DNA of 64,000 bases from assembly GCA_020891255.1 (NCBI GenBank), contig BQFW01000014.1:868001-932000 (forward strand), in the 5' to 3' direction. Every line of letters starts with the position of its first letter. The stretch's first letter is position 1. Below the pieces are notes generated by a model. The model worked only from the letters and a program-made list of their open reading frames with translations, was not told the DNA's origin and made no database searches. This document shows positions 9,601-20,968 of the stretch, piece after piece. The stretch comes from Entomortierella parvispora E1425. Taxonomy: Eukaryota > Fungi > Mortierellomycota. The position numbers and the translations under genes were made by a program.

Positions 9601-11517
9601 TCTTCTTTTGGCTTGCCTCCTGCGAAAGGGGACGCTTCTGACTGGTTGCGGCAGTAGGAATCGAGGATGAACCTGCTGGGTTGTCACCTTCCAAGTTCTG
9701 GTTGACTAGATCCGTCGCAAGTGGTGGGGATCCAGTTTGGTTGTCAGAGTTGCTGGTGTGGGTAGCGTTCGGAGTGACGGGGTGGACTTTTGGAGGGCCT
9801 ATGGACTGATCGTATAGCCCCACGGGTCTCTCATTCCTAGACCAGCCAGGGCGAAGACCCTCCAACCAAGCTGTGCGGTCATGATGGCGAATCTTTGAAA
9901 GGTAGTCTGGCCGCTTTCTATCCCTCATGAATCGCAGAAAGCTATTCATAAAGTGCAGTACTGTTTAGAAAGGGATATTCGGCAAGTTAGGCTTTCTCTC
10001 TGCATAGCAATATGATACCATACCCTTGCTGAGTCTCTGTCCGACTTGGGCTTCCTCCTTCCAGGACCACAGGCAATGATGAGGCGCTTGACCTGATGAA
10101 GGACGGATTGATGACATTCGTTCAGAAAAGAAAAGAAAAGAAAAGAAAAAAAAAAAGAGTGACAATTTGAGATATCTTACCTTGCGGTTGGTTTGGTCCG
10201 CTTGTTCCTGTTTGAGAGATCGCATAGGGGAGACAACAGGTCAGTACTGCTGGTCCTTGAGTGCCTTTCAATAGGACAAACGCTTGACACTTACCTATAT
10301 CGAAGCTTGGAGACTTCATTCACGATATGTAGCATCAAGTGGTCGACGAGCTTTGCCGCATTATCCTCCAAGATGATGCCGGCGTCTGTATCCTCCTTAT
10401 TGTCGATGAAGATATCCACGCTGTTCTCAAAGACAGCCTGATCAATGGAATTCTGAGAGCAGAACTTCTTGATGTAGTCGAATGCCTTTGGCATGTCTGG
10501 AATTTCGTCCATGTCGCGGATGGTCTCCACAATCTTTGTAAGGCTTAGGCCGGGGACCTTTCGATCGTAATCATTCTCTGCCAGAACTGCCACTGCTTGC
10601 CATTGTTCATAGGACAGTTCAAGGCTCCCGAGGATCGCCCCGACATCATATTTGTAATACCGGCCGCCTTGAGGACTCTTGCGCAATACATATGTTGCTC
10701 CGTGAAAAATATTATCGCTGTCAGCCGAAGCGACCACTGTGTCTTCCTGCTCTTCTTCAGCATGCCTACTGATGCAAACATCAGCCTCCCCTGTGCAGAC
10801 GTGCACCTTCCATCCCTTCGAGCCGAGTTGATTGCCAAGTGTGTCCCAGTCCTTACGAGTCATTGCCTTTGTATTTATCCACGCCTTGAGCAGTGGGCCG
10901 CGAATCCTCTTCACTAACCGAAGTAGTTGGTTCTTTGTTGGCTTGGCCTTTCCGGCTGCAGTTTTCAGGGACACTTGCGATTGCAAATGGGCGAGATGGA
11001 ACAAAACGGATGATGCCTTGTGGACAAACGCTGCAATCGCTCCGATTCGAGAACGATCTCTTTTCTGGCGGGCGTATGTCTTTTGGATGGTTCTGGCGCC
11101 GTCAAAGTGGAGTATTCCTTGGTCTTTAGAAAACTTTTTCGACAGTGTTTTGTCGATCGCCGCCGAGATGTCGATCTCAAATATTGCCGAGGGGACTGGT
11201 GGGAGCGTAGACTCGGAGCCGATCAGTGATAAAAACTCCGTGTTGCTCTTGATGGCATCAGTCTCAAGAGGAGGGACTTTGGTCAAAAAAAGAGAGATCT
11301 CAGCGGGAAGGAAGTAGGGCGCCTCGAGGTTGGCCGAGGAGTTCATGTGATTTTTCATTTCCAAAAAGATCTTGTTGCAGCGGATGCTTCTCGCAAGCGC
11401 AAACAAGATAGCAGGAATATCGATGTGGACTCTCGGGAAAACATCTTTGGGCACAACTTCGGGATACTCCAGGCCTTCGATGTTGGCCAAATACGGCCAG
11501 GTGCTGGTCACGCCCAT
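6607..11517 (-). CDS. Predicted 1,496-aa PIN(XPG/FEN1-like)-Fanzor/TnpB RuvC fusion; exons 11517-10295, 10207-10181, 10092-10024, 9941-8858, 8771-6930, 6852-6607
   Basis: Five GT-AG introns of 87, 88, 82, 86 and 77 nt keep the frame (4,491 nt in total). PIN motifs: MGV, HID, FDG, KxxxxxxR, GEAD, DSD, H3TH NDY. Fanzor motifs: TDG, GVDPG (RuvC-I), PEFRSSQFCSRC (RuvC-II and CxxC), CENC, DRDHNA (RuvC-III). The intron-3 acceptor (9942) is the least certain junction. Confidence 0.85.
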
Positions 11518-12061
11518 CTATGACACCAAAGACGATTAAACAGCTTCAGTTAGATGGATATGTACTACGCTGACTACAGTTCACTCTCCTGATGGAGTTA
11601 AGAGCCCAACTCAAAGAGGACAACGGCAGTTTGCGCTCTTTCCCCGTGCATATGCCAAAAGCCTTGTCTCGAAAAGATACACTGTTTTTGTACTTAGAGC
11701 GTGATCCTTACGTCAGTGACGGCAAGCTCTGAGTGTCCAAGGGCGGTGATAGATGATGAGTGCAGAAAAGTGGTAGTTTGTAATACTCAGTGAATAAAGC
11801 AGGGATGATGAGAAAGGAAAGGTGCGGGGATGGTGAGAAAGGCAAGGAGCAAGAAAGGACGAGTGGATGATCGATAGCTGATGGTTCTGGCCATCAGATT
11901 TCCAAAAAAAACTAGGATAATTTTTACTATTGATGCCCCTCGCAGTTGCATCCTACAAGCACAATAAACACTAATATGTTATACATAATGAACTCCATAA
12001 AGAGAAGTTCGTCTGTATCAATTTCTCTTTTTCTGCATCCTGCCCATTTTCCTTCTCCACT

Positions 12062-15000
12062 TTATCGCCGTTCGTTGACACGGAATTGAAGCCAGAGGAA
12101 AGCGACAAAGAAAAAGGTGCCGGCCATGATTCCCAAGTTTTGAACATCCTTCCAGTAGGCTCCCGAGTTGAATCCAAAGGTTGACAGGATGATGGCACCA
12201 GGGACATCGATTTCGAGTCCGTATTCCTTTTGGATCAGTTGCAAAAACGTAATCTCGTTCACCAACAGAGCCTCAAATGCAAAGTTGAAGAAGGACAGCT
12301 TTTGGAGCCAAGACAAGTTCTCTGGAATTGATTCTGTGAAAAAAAAAAAGTTAGAAAATACTCTGAAATCCAAACAGTGGCCATTGGTCTATCGTGCATA
12401 CAGAAAACAAACTCACCTTTGTTCAAGAGAAGACCGCCAAACAGCATGGAGAAGAGCATGACCAAACTGCTCATCAGATTGGCCACACCAACCTCTTCAA
12501 AAATGATGCCAATCATTAGGCAAACACCCGATGCTGTAAAGTTGAACAGGACCAGAACCAAGAAGAACTTTCCAAACTCGTTCCATCCCTCGACCAATCC
12601 GACCATGTTGTAAATGATCAGACCCATTAGCATCGGGGGAATCACTCGCAAAGGAACGATATCGAACAAGACCTTGGAGGAGAAGTAGGTCAGAGGCGAA
12701 TAATAGCCGTTGGCGCGCTCGCGGACAAATAGAATACGCTCATGAGCAAAAGACGGCAAGATGGACAGGCACGAGAATCCAAAGAGGGCACACATGAAGA
12801 AGAAGACACCCATACGATTCTGGAATCCAGGAATGTCGTTCGTGACCTTGTAAAAGAGTGCACCGCAAAGCAAGCCCAAAAAGATGGACATGCAAAAGTG
12901 AGAGAGCATCAACATGGGGTCGCGGTAAATGTTCTTTAGCGTCCTGTCGGCCAGAATCCTGAACTGGCTCCACCAAGAGGCTCTTCTGTAAGTGGAAACG
13001 GTCTTGCCATTGCTGAGTCCACTGTGAATCGATCCGGGGGGAGCTCCCTCCTCACCCGCACGACCGCCCTGGACGGCGAATTCGATCTGCTGCTCGACAT
13101 CCAACAGGAGATGGCTGTGTTTGAATCCATCGACGAGTGACTGAAGATGGGCGTTGGCAATACTGGGATCATCTGAGCCAGGTGCGTGTGTGTCACTATC
13201 GCTGGCTCCGGAAGAAACGGGATCAATGCCAATCGTGGTGTCTCCTGCTGGGTTGTTTCTAGATGTGGATGCCGCAAGTCCGTTGGTCCTAGGGCGATCA
13301 TGTTCGCGGGAAGCCAGCTCGCTCTCCCACTGAAGGGTGTCATCGATAATGCTGGGGGCACGAGTAAAAGATGGGCTGCCATTCGTAGAGATTCCTGCAG
13401 CTGGTCGGCTTTGATCAGTTCCAAAGAGCCGTTCTTCCTGCTCCTCCTGGACCGCATGAGAAGGCTCCAGCGTAATTTCCTCGTCACCGTTGGCGCGATT
13501 AGAGTGCTTAGAGCCCTTTCCATTGTACATGGTCAAATCAAGCATGTAGTCTGCCATGTTGTACCCTTCTGGGCAAGGGTGGCCAAGGCTCCTCAGGTGT
13601 CCGTTCAAATGCCTGGTCTCTCCAGAATACACGAGGTCTCCCTTGGCCATAAGGACAAGCTGATCAAAGAGCGCAAAGATGTTACTCCGGGGCTGGTGAA
13701 TTGTGCAGACGACGGTGCGGTTGTAGTTTCTAGCAAGCGTGACAAGACACTCGACCACGTTGTAGGCGTTGTATGAATCCAGTCCTGAAGTAGGTTCGTC
13801 CAAGAACAAGATTGAAGGGGACGTGACAAGTTCACAAGCAATAGACACTCTTCGCTTTTCGCCTCCAGAGATGGATCGCTGACCGCTGGCTCCAATCCTC
13901 ATGTCCTTGATAGCCAAGATTCCCAGCTCCGACATTGTCTCCATAACACGGAATCGCTTGGCATCAAAAGACATGTCGCGAGGCAAGCGAAGAAGAGCTG
14001 AGTAAAGAATGGTCTCGTACACTGTCAATGTGGGCATTAATGTATCTTCTTGATCCACATATCTACACAATTTAAAAAGACATGTGAGTGTTAATAGGTC
14101 CGCCCCTTTTTCTTTTCAATGATGCTGTTGCGCCAATATGGCCGCACTGTCCTGCTTACCCAACCACACGCTTGTACTCATGGTGAGAGATTGTCTTGCC
14201 ATTGACATAGATATGGCCATGAACAGTTCCAGACTTGTTACGCCTGGCAAGAATATCCAACAAACTGGTCTTTCCGGCACCACTGGCGCCCATAATGGCC
14301 ATGACCTGACCAGGCTTGACAAGACCGCTGACCTGCTTGAGCACTTCCTTGCCTCCGACTGTGTATCCCATGTTTTTGAACATCAATGTCGCAGGAATGT
14401 GTTCCGCCATCAGCTTGGCAGCCTCATCATCGGGCAGAGCAATAAAGCCATCTCCAGAAGAGTTGGATTTCTTGGCCAAATACCAGACTCCAAGGCCGAG
14501 GCCGATGAGGAACAAGAAAACACCAATGATTGAGAGGATGATTGCCAAGGTGTAGTCTGGTCGGGGTGGTCGCTTAAATCCTGGAACCTGAGTATAGTGC
14601 ACACACTCTCCGCTGTGACAGTTCAAGTAGATCGCTGGATCACCGAACATTGTCATGATCAATTCGTTCATGGCAGGCTCTGTTTGGTAGAAAAGTATCA
14701 AAGTCTGTCAGTCATTCCTTCCTCCAGCTTTTCATGTTCCTATTCTGATTGCAATAACCACAGTTTTACCTTCAAAGACACACTTCTTGTCATCTCCACA
14801 AACAAACTCAGCAGGTCCACGAATCTCCTCGTCCAAAAAGTCGTCAATGTCTGAATCAAATTTCAGTGACGACTATTAGTCTTGGGATATTGCATCCACG
14901 ACATGAATCACGCACGACATGACAATAATGACTTACTGACGCTTCCATCCTTGCCGCAAAGCATTCTATCAGGAATGCACGAGCATTTGATGTTTTTGCA

Positions 15001-16009
15001 CTTGTAGGTCGTCTTTGTGTCATCGTATTGAACATCTATGGTGCATACGGACGTTCCACTGTTAGACTCACTGCCAACTATGTTCGAGATTCATGATATC
15101 ATGATGCCGTGCTTTTCTGCTGGGGTTGTACCTTGGTCAAACGCACACTCGTCCAAATGGCAGTAAAATGACTCTTCTTCTGCCACCCAGACTGGAGAAC
15201 GGTTTCATAGCCAAAAAGGGAAAAGAAATTTGTGGTCAGTCGAATGAAAAAAAAGGGACATCGGTTAGGCAACCCTGTCGAGCCTTTTCGTTGGGGTATC
15301 CCATGCTTACACTGAAAGTCGCAGGTCTTGTTTTGCTGATTGCACGAAAATGTGATGGCTGGAGGTTGTTTGGGTCCCAATGTGTCCAGGATCTTGCGGT
15401 CTATTCCAATGGAGGCGGGATATATATATATATTGTATTGTCAGCGAGGCCATTGATGCGCACAATGTGATCCACAGGACGGATATTCTCTGTTTTCGTC
15501 ATATGCGAGGTGGTAGGTGGTACGTACTGGTGACATCGCACTGCTGAAAGTTCTCAAAGACGGTGAGGCCGCCCTTGTAGCAGGTTCCATTCTTGCCAGA
15601 GGGTACCAGCGAGTCGCACACGTTGTCAGACTCGCACACGTTACAGTTGATACCAGACCATCCGTCCTTGCACTTGCAGGACCCTTCCTCCCGCTGGGGT
15701 CGATCCTTTCCGTCGGCCAGGCCACCGCAGACTGGGGTGTGGCACAGCGATACAGCGGAAGGCGAGATCGCAAATAAGGGTAATAAGAAATAAGAAAGTT
15801 TAGTTTCTGTTGATCAGCAGGTCGTCCTGATCAGATCCGTGTCGTCTCTCTGGTTCTCGGTTGGTCTGTTGGGTGTCAGTCAGCCAGTTGCCCCCCCTGG
15901 GTGACTGGTATCCCTTTCTGGTGGAGGGCATGTCCTGCTTGGCTTGGCTTGGCTTGGCTTGGCTTGGCTTGGCATCTGTGGGGTGGATGGAAGGAGGGGC
16001 GTTGCGTGC

Positions 16010-16047
<38 letters not shown>

Positions 16048-16709
16048 ACGACGACACCAAGCCTGATCGGGGGCAAAGAAGCCCTGGTGCCACACACATG
16101 CCCATAAACACACACACAGAGGGATGACCGCATACGTGATCAGACACCACCCGCGCTGCTCTCTCCTTCTCTCTCTCTTTCTCCCTTGTCTTCTGGAGTC
16201 GACTCCTGTCTGTTCGCCCCTTCTGTGCACGATCGGATCATCGCTCTCAAGACGTTTGTCTTTCTCCTTCCCTCATCCTGTCTGTCCTTCCTTCTCTTGA
16301 TTCTCTTGATTCTCTCTCTCTCTCACGCTTGTTCTTTGTGCGTTAATACAGAAAGTCTGTTCTTATTACCTGGCACTGAACAGTTGTCTCCTGCAAAGCC
16401 AGGAGGACAGGTGCATCTCCCGTCGTATGGGTTGCAGGGTGCAAAGTGGGAGCAAGGGAACGCGTCCAAGAGACAGTTGAAGCAGGGTGGGCAGTCCTCG
16501 GGCCTGCGAGGGGCTGCTGCCAGCAATGGGTTGGCGAGGGTCATTCCCGTGGGGGACAACATCATGTCGGTGGAGCCAGCTTCAAGGGCGCGAATGGACG
16601 CCCGTCCTGTAAAGATGCCGGTCTCCTGGTCAGCAGTCGAGTCCAAGGCACCGGCCAGGACGGACTTTGCAAGGGCCAGCATGGCGATGGCAAGCCATGG
16701 TTGTCTCAT
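12062..16709 (-). CDS. ADP1: ADP1-like half-size ABCG transporter with N-terminal EGF-like Cys-rich luminal domain (multi-exon)
   Basis: Signal peptide MRQPWLAIAML; CPPCFNCLLDAFPC...CTCPPGFAGDNC; Walker A GASGAGKT; signature ISGGEKRR; Walker B ILFLDEPT; C-terminal ABC2 membrane domain. Confidence 0.9.
15938..16046. repeat. (GCTTG)n and (TG)n microsatellites in a long ADP1 intron
   Basis: Direct reading. Confidence 0.9.
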
Positions 16710-17049
16710 GGTGGCGAGAGTGGCAAGCAAAAGAGAGGAATGAGGGGTTGTTGTTGTTGTTGTTGTTGATGAGGATAGAATGTAATAAATATAAAAGAGA
16801 GAAAGAAAGAAAGAAGGAAAAGAGAGAAGAAGGAGAAGAAGAAAAAGAGACAAGAGAGAGAGACAAAGGACCAGAGGAAGGAGAAGAGGACAAAGAAGAC
16901 AAAGAAGAAGAAGAAGAAGCAAGGATTCAACCTAGAAAGAAAAGAAATCCTTCGCTCTGGAGCCGTGTGACAGTTGCCACTGGGCGGTTGGTTGCCCTGA
17001 GAATGAATCCACATGGGCAGAGTCTTTCTTTCTCTCTCTTTCTCTTTCT

Positions 17050-17093
<44 letters not shown>

Positions 17094-17282
17094 TTCTCGT
17101 TCTCTCGAGCGGGGCTGCTCCTACCCTTGCAGTATCGCGTTATGTTCTTTTCTCCTCTTGCTCTGTTTTTGCATCGTTCCTGTCCTCTTCGTCTTCGTCT
17201 TCCTGTTCCGCACCCTCTCCTCCTCTCCTCTCCTCTCCTCTCCTCTCCTCTCCGCAATTCATTCCAGTCACGAGACACGTAA

Positions 17283-17295
17283 TCACGTGACGTGA
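17283..17295. promoter_or_regulatory. Overlapping E-box/CRE-like motif TCACGTGACGTGA in a divergent promoter
   Basis: Lies between the ADP1 start (16709, minus) and the 17755 gene (plus), flanked by pyrimidine tracts. Confidence 0.45.
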
Positions 17296-17754
17296 GCCAG
17301 TCTTCCAGTCGGCCCGTGCTTTTCTTCTTCCTACTACAATACATACATACACACACACACACCACTCCATCCTTCATCCTTCTCTTCATTCGCATCCCTC
17401 TTCTCTTCTCTTCCCTTCTCTTCTCCTCTCCTCGCCTCTCCTCTCCTCTCCTTGCATTCTCCTCTGTTCCTCCCCCTCGGCGTTGACTGCCAGTCCTATC
17501 TTCCTACTCGACCCCTCTTGACCGTGCCTGCCGTTCCCCCCCCCCCCATCCCCTTCCTCCTTTTTCATCACAGGAACCCGCCCGTGTCTAGATCAGCCAA
17601 CCGCTTCTGCACCGAGGTCACATTGCTCTCACTCAAAGTCTCCTTTTCCTCCTTCGCACCATCTCGGACGCGTCCAACGATCCGCAAAAGGACCGTGCTC
17701 CTCCGTCCTTCCTTCCTGTCCTTCCTTCCTTCCTGTCGTCCATCCTGTCGACTC

Positions 17755-20550
17755 ATGTTGACAACCCCTGCACCGCCACCCCCGCCACCCCCGCCAGCCA
17801 AACCTTCATCCCCAGGCACGATCCCATCCAAGCAAGAAACCTCGACTAGGGTGCCCATGACCTCACTGTCCAGCTCTGGACTCTCGAATGGAGGAGGTAT
17901 TGTTGTCTTGATTGGCTTGTCATCTGGATCTCTTCATTCTTTGCCCACACAGCTGACCCTGTAACACCCTTTTCTAGATGTCAAGACAGAGCCGCAAGTA
18001 GAGGCAATACGGACTCTATCAGCACCTACCTCAGGATCAGGATCAGGATCAGGATCAGGATCCACAGAGATTGCCACTGCTGCAGGAACCTCAGAAACCA
18101 TGGATGCACCAAAGCCCGTTGCGCGTACACCTACGATGACACCTGCACTTTTGACAAAACAGGGGCCAACACCACCCGCACCCGCACCAGCATCAGCATC
18201 AGCACCAGCACCAGCATCAGCATCAGCACCAGCACCAGCACCAGCACCATTGTCCTCACTACCACCGGTGGTAATACCAACAGAGACGCCTGTGGACGCT
18301 TCTTATAGCCAGGTGGTGGAAATCGAAGACGATCCTGTTTCTGGACCGATGGACCCTCTTTCTCACCTGAGCACCATCTTTGACAAGATTCGACGACAGG
18401 TCATCGAGTGGGGCGAGGATGCCAACTGGAAGATTGACGTCTTTTTGCTCCCCAATGATGAGCCTGGATCAGCCAGCGGAGAAGCACCCACACCCCCGGC
18501 GCCACTGTTCCCCCCTGCTGCTCATCACACGCCGGCTCATCCACACGCCCGCTCGAACGCACCACCGCATCACTATTCACCTAGTCCTCAGCCTCCTCAT
18601 GGCTCCTACCCTCCTCCAAGCACTTCTCGTCACGGTCCTCCACCTCATTATGGTCCACCTCCCCACCCTCCCCCTTTCTCTGGACCTCCTAACCGCAGAG
18701 CCCCACCACCCCCAAGAGACCAGTTGAGCAGCGCAAGAGGATTGCCAGCCACGGAACGACCTGGTAGGATATCGAAAAGTAGCGTGGAGCGGTATCTCCG
18801 AGAGAATGTGTTTTCTTAACTAGCTCTTGAAATTGGCGACAATTAGGAACCGAAAATCCGAGTTTTGTATTACAACCACCACCCAGCGATCTACCCGGCG
18901 AAGATAACCCAGCTTCTCTGGTGGATGATACTATCAACGCTATGAGCGAGGTAGATGCAAAGAAGATGGTAGGGATTCATGGAAAAGCACACGGGATTCC
19001 AGAGGCTGCCGACAGGAGCTCAAGCTAATTATTTTTCATCTCGATGCATCGTTTTTCTTTTGGACGTTTTTAGCTCTCTGTCGCGGTGCGCCAGATTCGT
19101 GAACAGCAGACAACGATCGCCGAGACGGCACAGAGTTTTGAAGCAATACAGCGACATAGTGCACAACGGGTATGGTTTTGGCTTTTTTTTTTCCTCTTTT
19201 TTTTTTTTTTTTTTTTTTTACTCCCCGTGCAGGCAATTTGATGTTTTATATGGTCCATTCTAATGCCTTTTCTTTCTGTCTACAATAGGAACGCGACTTG
19301 ACTTTAAGACTGGAGGCGGAAAAGGCGGTCATGGAGCGGGATGCTGCCGTTTTGGCGCAGAAATGGAAGGAGAGCTCTGCAAGTCTGTTGGAAAGAGATA
19401 ACGAGGCAGGTGGCAGCAATGACAGCAACAACAGCAACAACAACAACAACAAAAGATCAACAAGAGGCGATGTGATGCCCTTTTTTCAGGTCTGGGGTCT
19501 CTAGGACTAACATGGTGGCGCCCTCTTTTTTTTTTTTTTTTTTTTTACTATAGGTGAGAGACATTTTCATGCAAATGGAAGCAGAGAAGGCACAGATCAC
19601 AAAACGGAACAACGACAGGCGAAAGGTGCGAACATCAGGAACTCTTTTCTTTATCTATTTCCCTTCCCAGCTCGAATTACCTTCTCACCCCCTCGCAAAC
19701 TTCATCTTTCTCATTCGGAATATTGTGCCATCTTTTTCTTTTTTTTTTTTTTTCCTTTTTCCTTTCTTTTTTTTTTCTTCTTTTCAATTCTGTTCATTAG
19801 AGAGTAGATGAACAAGTATACCCTCTCAAAGGTGCATCGGATCAAGCAGCATTCTCGCGTTCAGATTGTAGTCGACCCAACCATAACCACCGTCATCGAC
19901 ACGTGCATTACCACCGGCACCACCATCGGCACATGACCCTGACGCGTCGTGGCGATACCTTTGCAAGTGGCGCCGATTCTTTGGACAACCTGGCGACGTT
20001 GGCGGCCCAGGTCCTGACGGGAGAACCGTTGGTCTTGGCCAAGAAGGCTCATATCCCCGTCAAGAGGCAGTTGCCTTTGCCCGAGGACGTTATCGTGATC
20101 GAGGACACACCCGAGGCGGTCGACAGCACCGAGATGCTCGTGGATGAAAAGTCATTGCCCGTTAAAGACGAGGGTCTTTCGTTGCGACCCGTGGTCTTTG
20201 AGCGACAGCCCAGTCCAGTCGACGTTGAATCCGAGGACGAGGCAGAGGTAGAGTCAAGTCGGGAAAGAGGTGGAGGAGGCGACGCTCGTGAGACACGGTC
20301 CTCTGCGATCCCTTCTGGGCCAGCTCGGTCAATGGCCCGAACCATGGCGGGCCAGACCTCGGCCACAACAACAACAACAAGGGGGTCTGCTTACAACACA
20401 AACTTGCGATCGAACGCGATGACCAGCTTCAGCAGCAGTACCAGAGGAGCAGGAGCCAGTTTTTCTAGATCCACTCAGGAGATGAAGCATGGTATTAGTA
20501 GCAGTAGCCTGGGGAGGGATAGACAGGCAAGCAAGCACCGTCGTATCTAG
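17755..20550 (+). CDS. Unknown Pro-rich / coiled-coil / His-rich protein (multi-exon)
   Basis: ATG at 17755 (MLTTPAPPPP). GT-AG introns link to ORF 18100-18819, short coiled-coil exons (IREQQTTIAETAQSFEAIQR; LRLEAEKAVMERDAAVLAQKW) and a last exon ending at 20550. Family not recognised. Confidence 0.6.
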
Positions 20551-20968
20551 ACATCTCGACAATGCCTTTTGCTTTTCTCCTCTTCCTCCTTCCTCCCTAA
20601 GAAAGAAAAAAAAACATATTGCATCCTATCTTTTCAACATCCTCCCATGTGCTCTTCTTCCATGTACCTATAACTAAGAACAACAATAATATAGACATCC
20701 ATTGGTGCATTGCTCCCGTTTTTGTTCTTGCCCTTTGATGGGGACATGCAAAGCAACGCCAACAAAATACTTGATATTGTGTTTTTTTTTTTTTTTTCAT
20801 TCTTCATTCTTTATTGAGATCTTGAACGGTTGTATTGTATATGTGTGTGTTGTGTTTGGAAAGAGTGGAGAGAGAAAGAAAGAGAGAGAGAGAGAGAGGG
20901 GGGGGTGCTTGGGTAAGGGGGACCGGGAGATGGACCACATTCGCTTTTTTTTGTTTGTTTTTCAAAGT

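Larger units (their letters stand above)
6420..11906 (-). mobile_element. Candidate Fanzor-carrying mobile element (boundaries tentative)
   Basis: Carries a TnpB/Fanzor-like nuclease. Imperfect inverted repeat TTTGGAAATTTCAAGGC (6420-6436) / GCCATCAGATTTCCAAA (11890-11906), 14/17 match. No target-site duplication or transposase was found. Confidence 0.5.

Noticed and set aside
6894-11517. Treating 10291-11517, 8846-9949 and 6894-8663 as separate genes or a frameshifted pseudogene
   Set aside because: Canonical GT-AG introns of uniform size restore one continuous frame with no internal stops.
16186-17964. Many overlapping ORFs rich in L/S/F or E/K/R (also 33000-35400, 42400-43200, 49700-50800, 54700-55400)
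   Set aside because: They are translations of CT/GA microsatellites and homopolymer tracts in promoters and UTRs.
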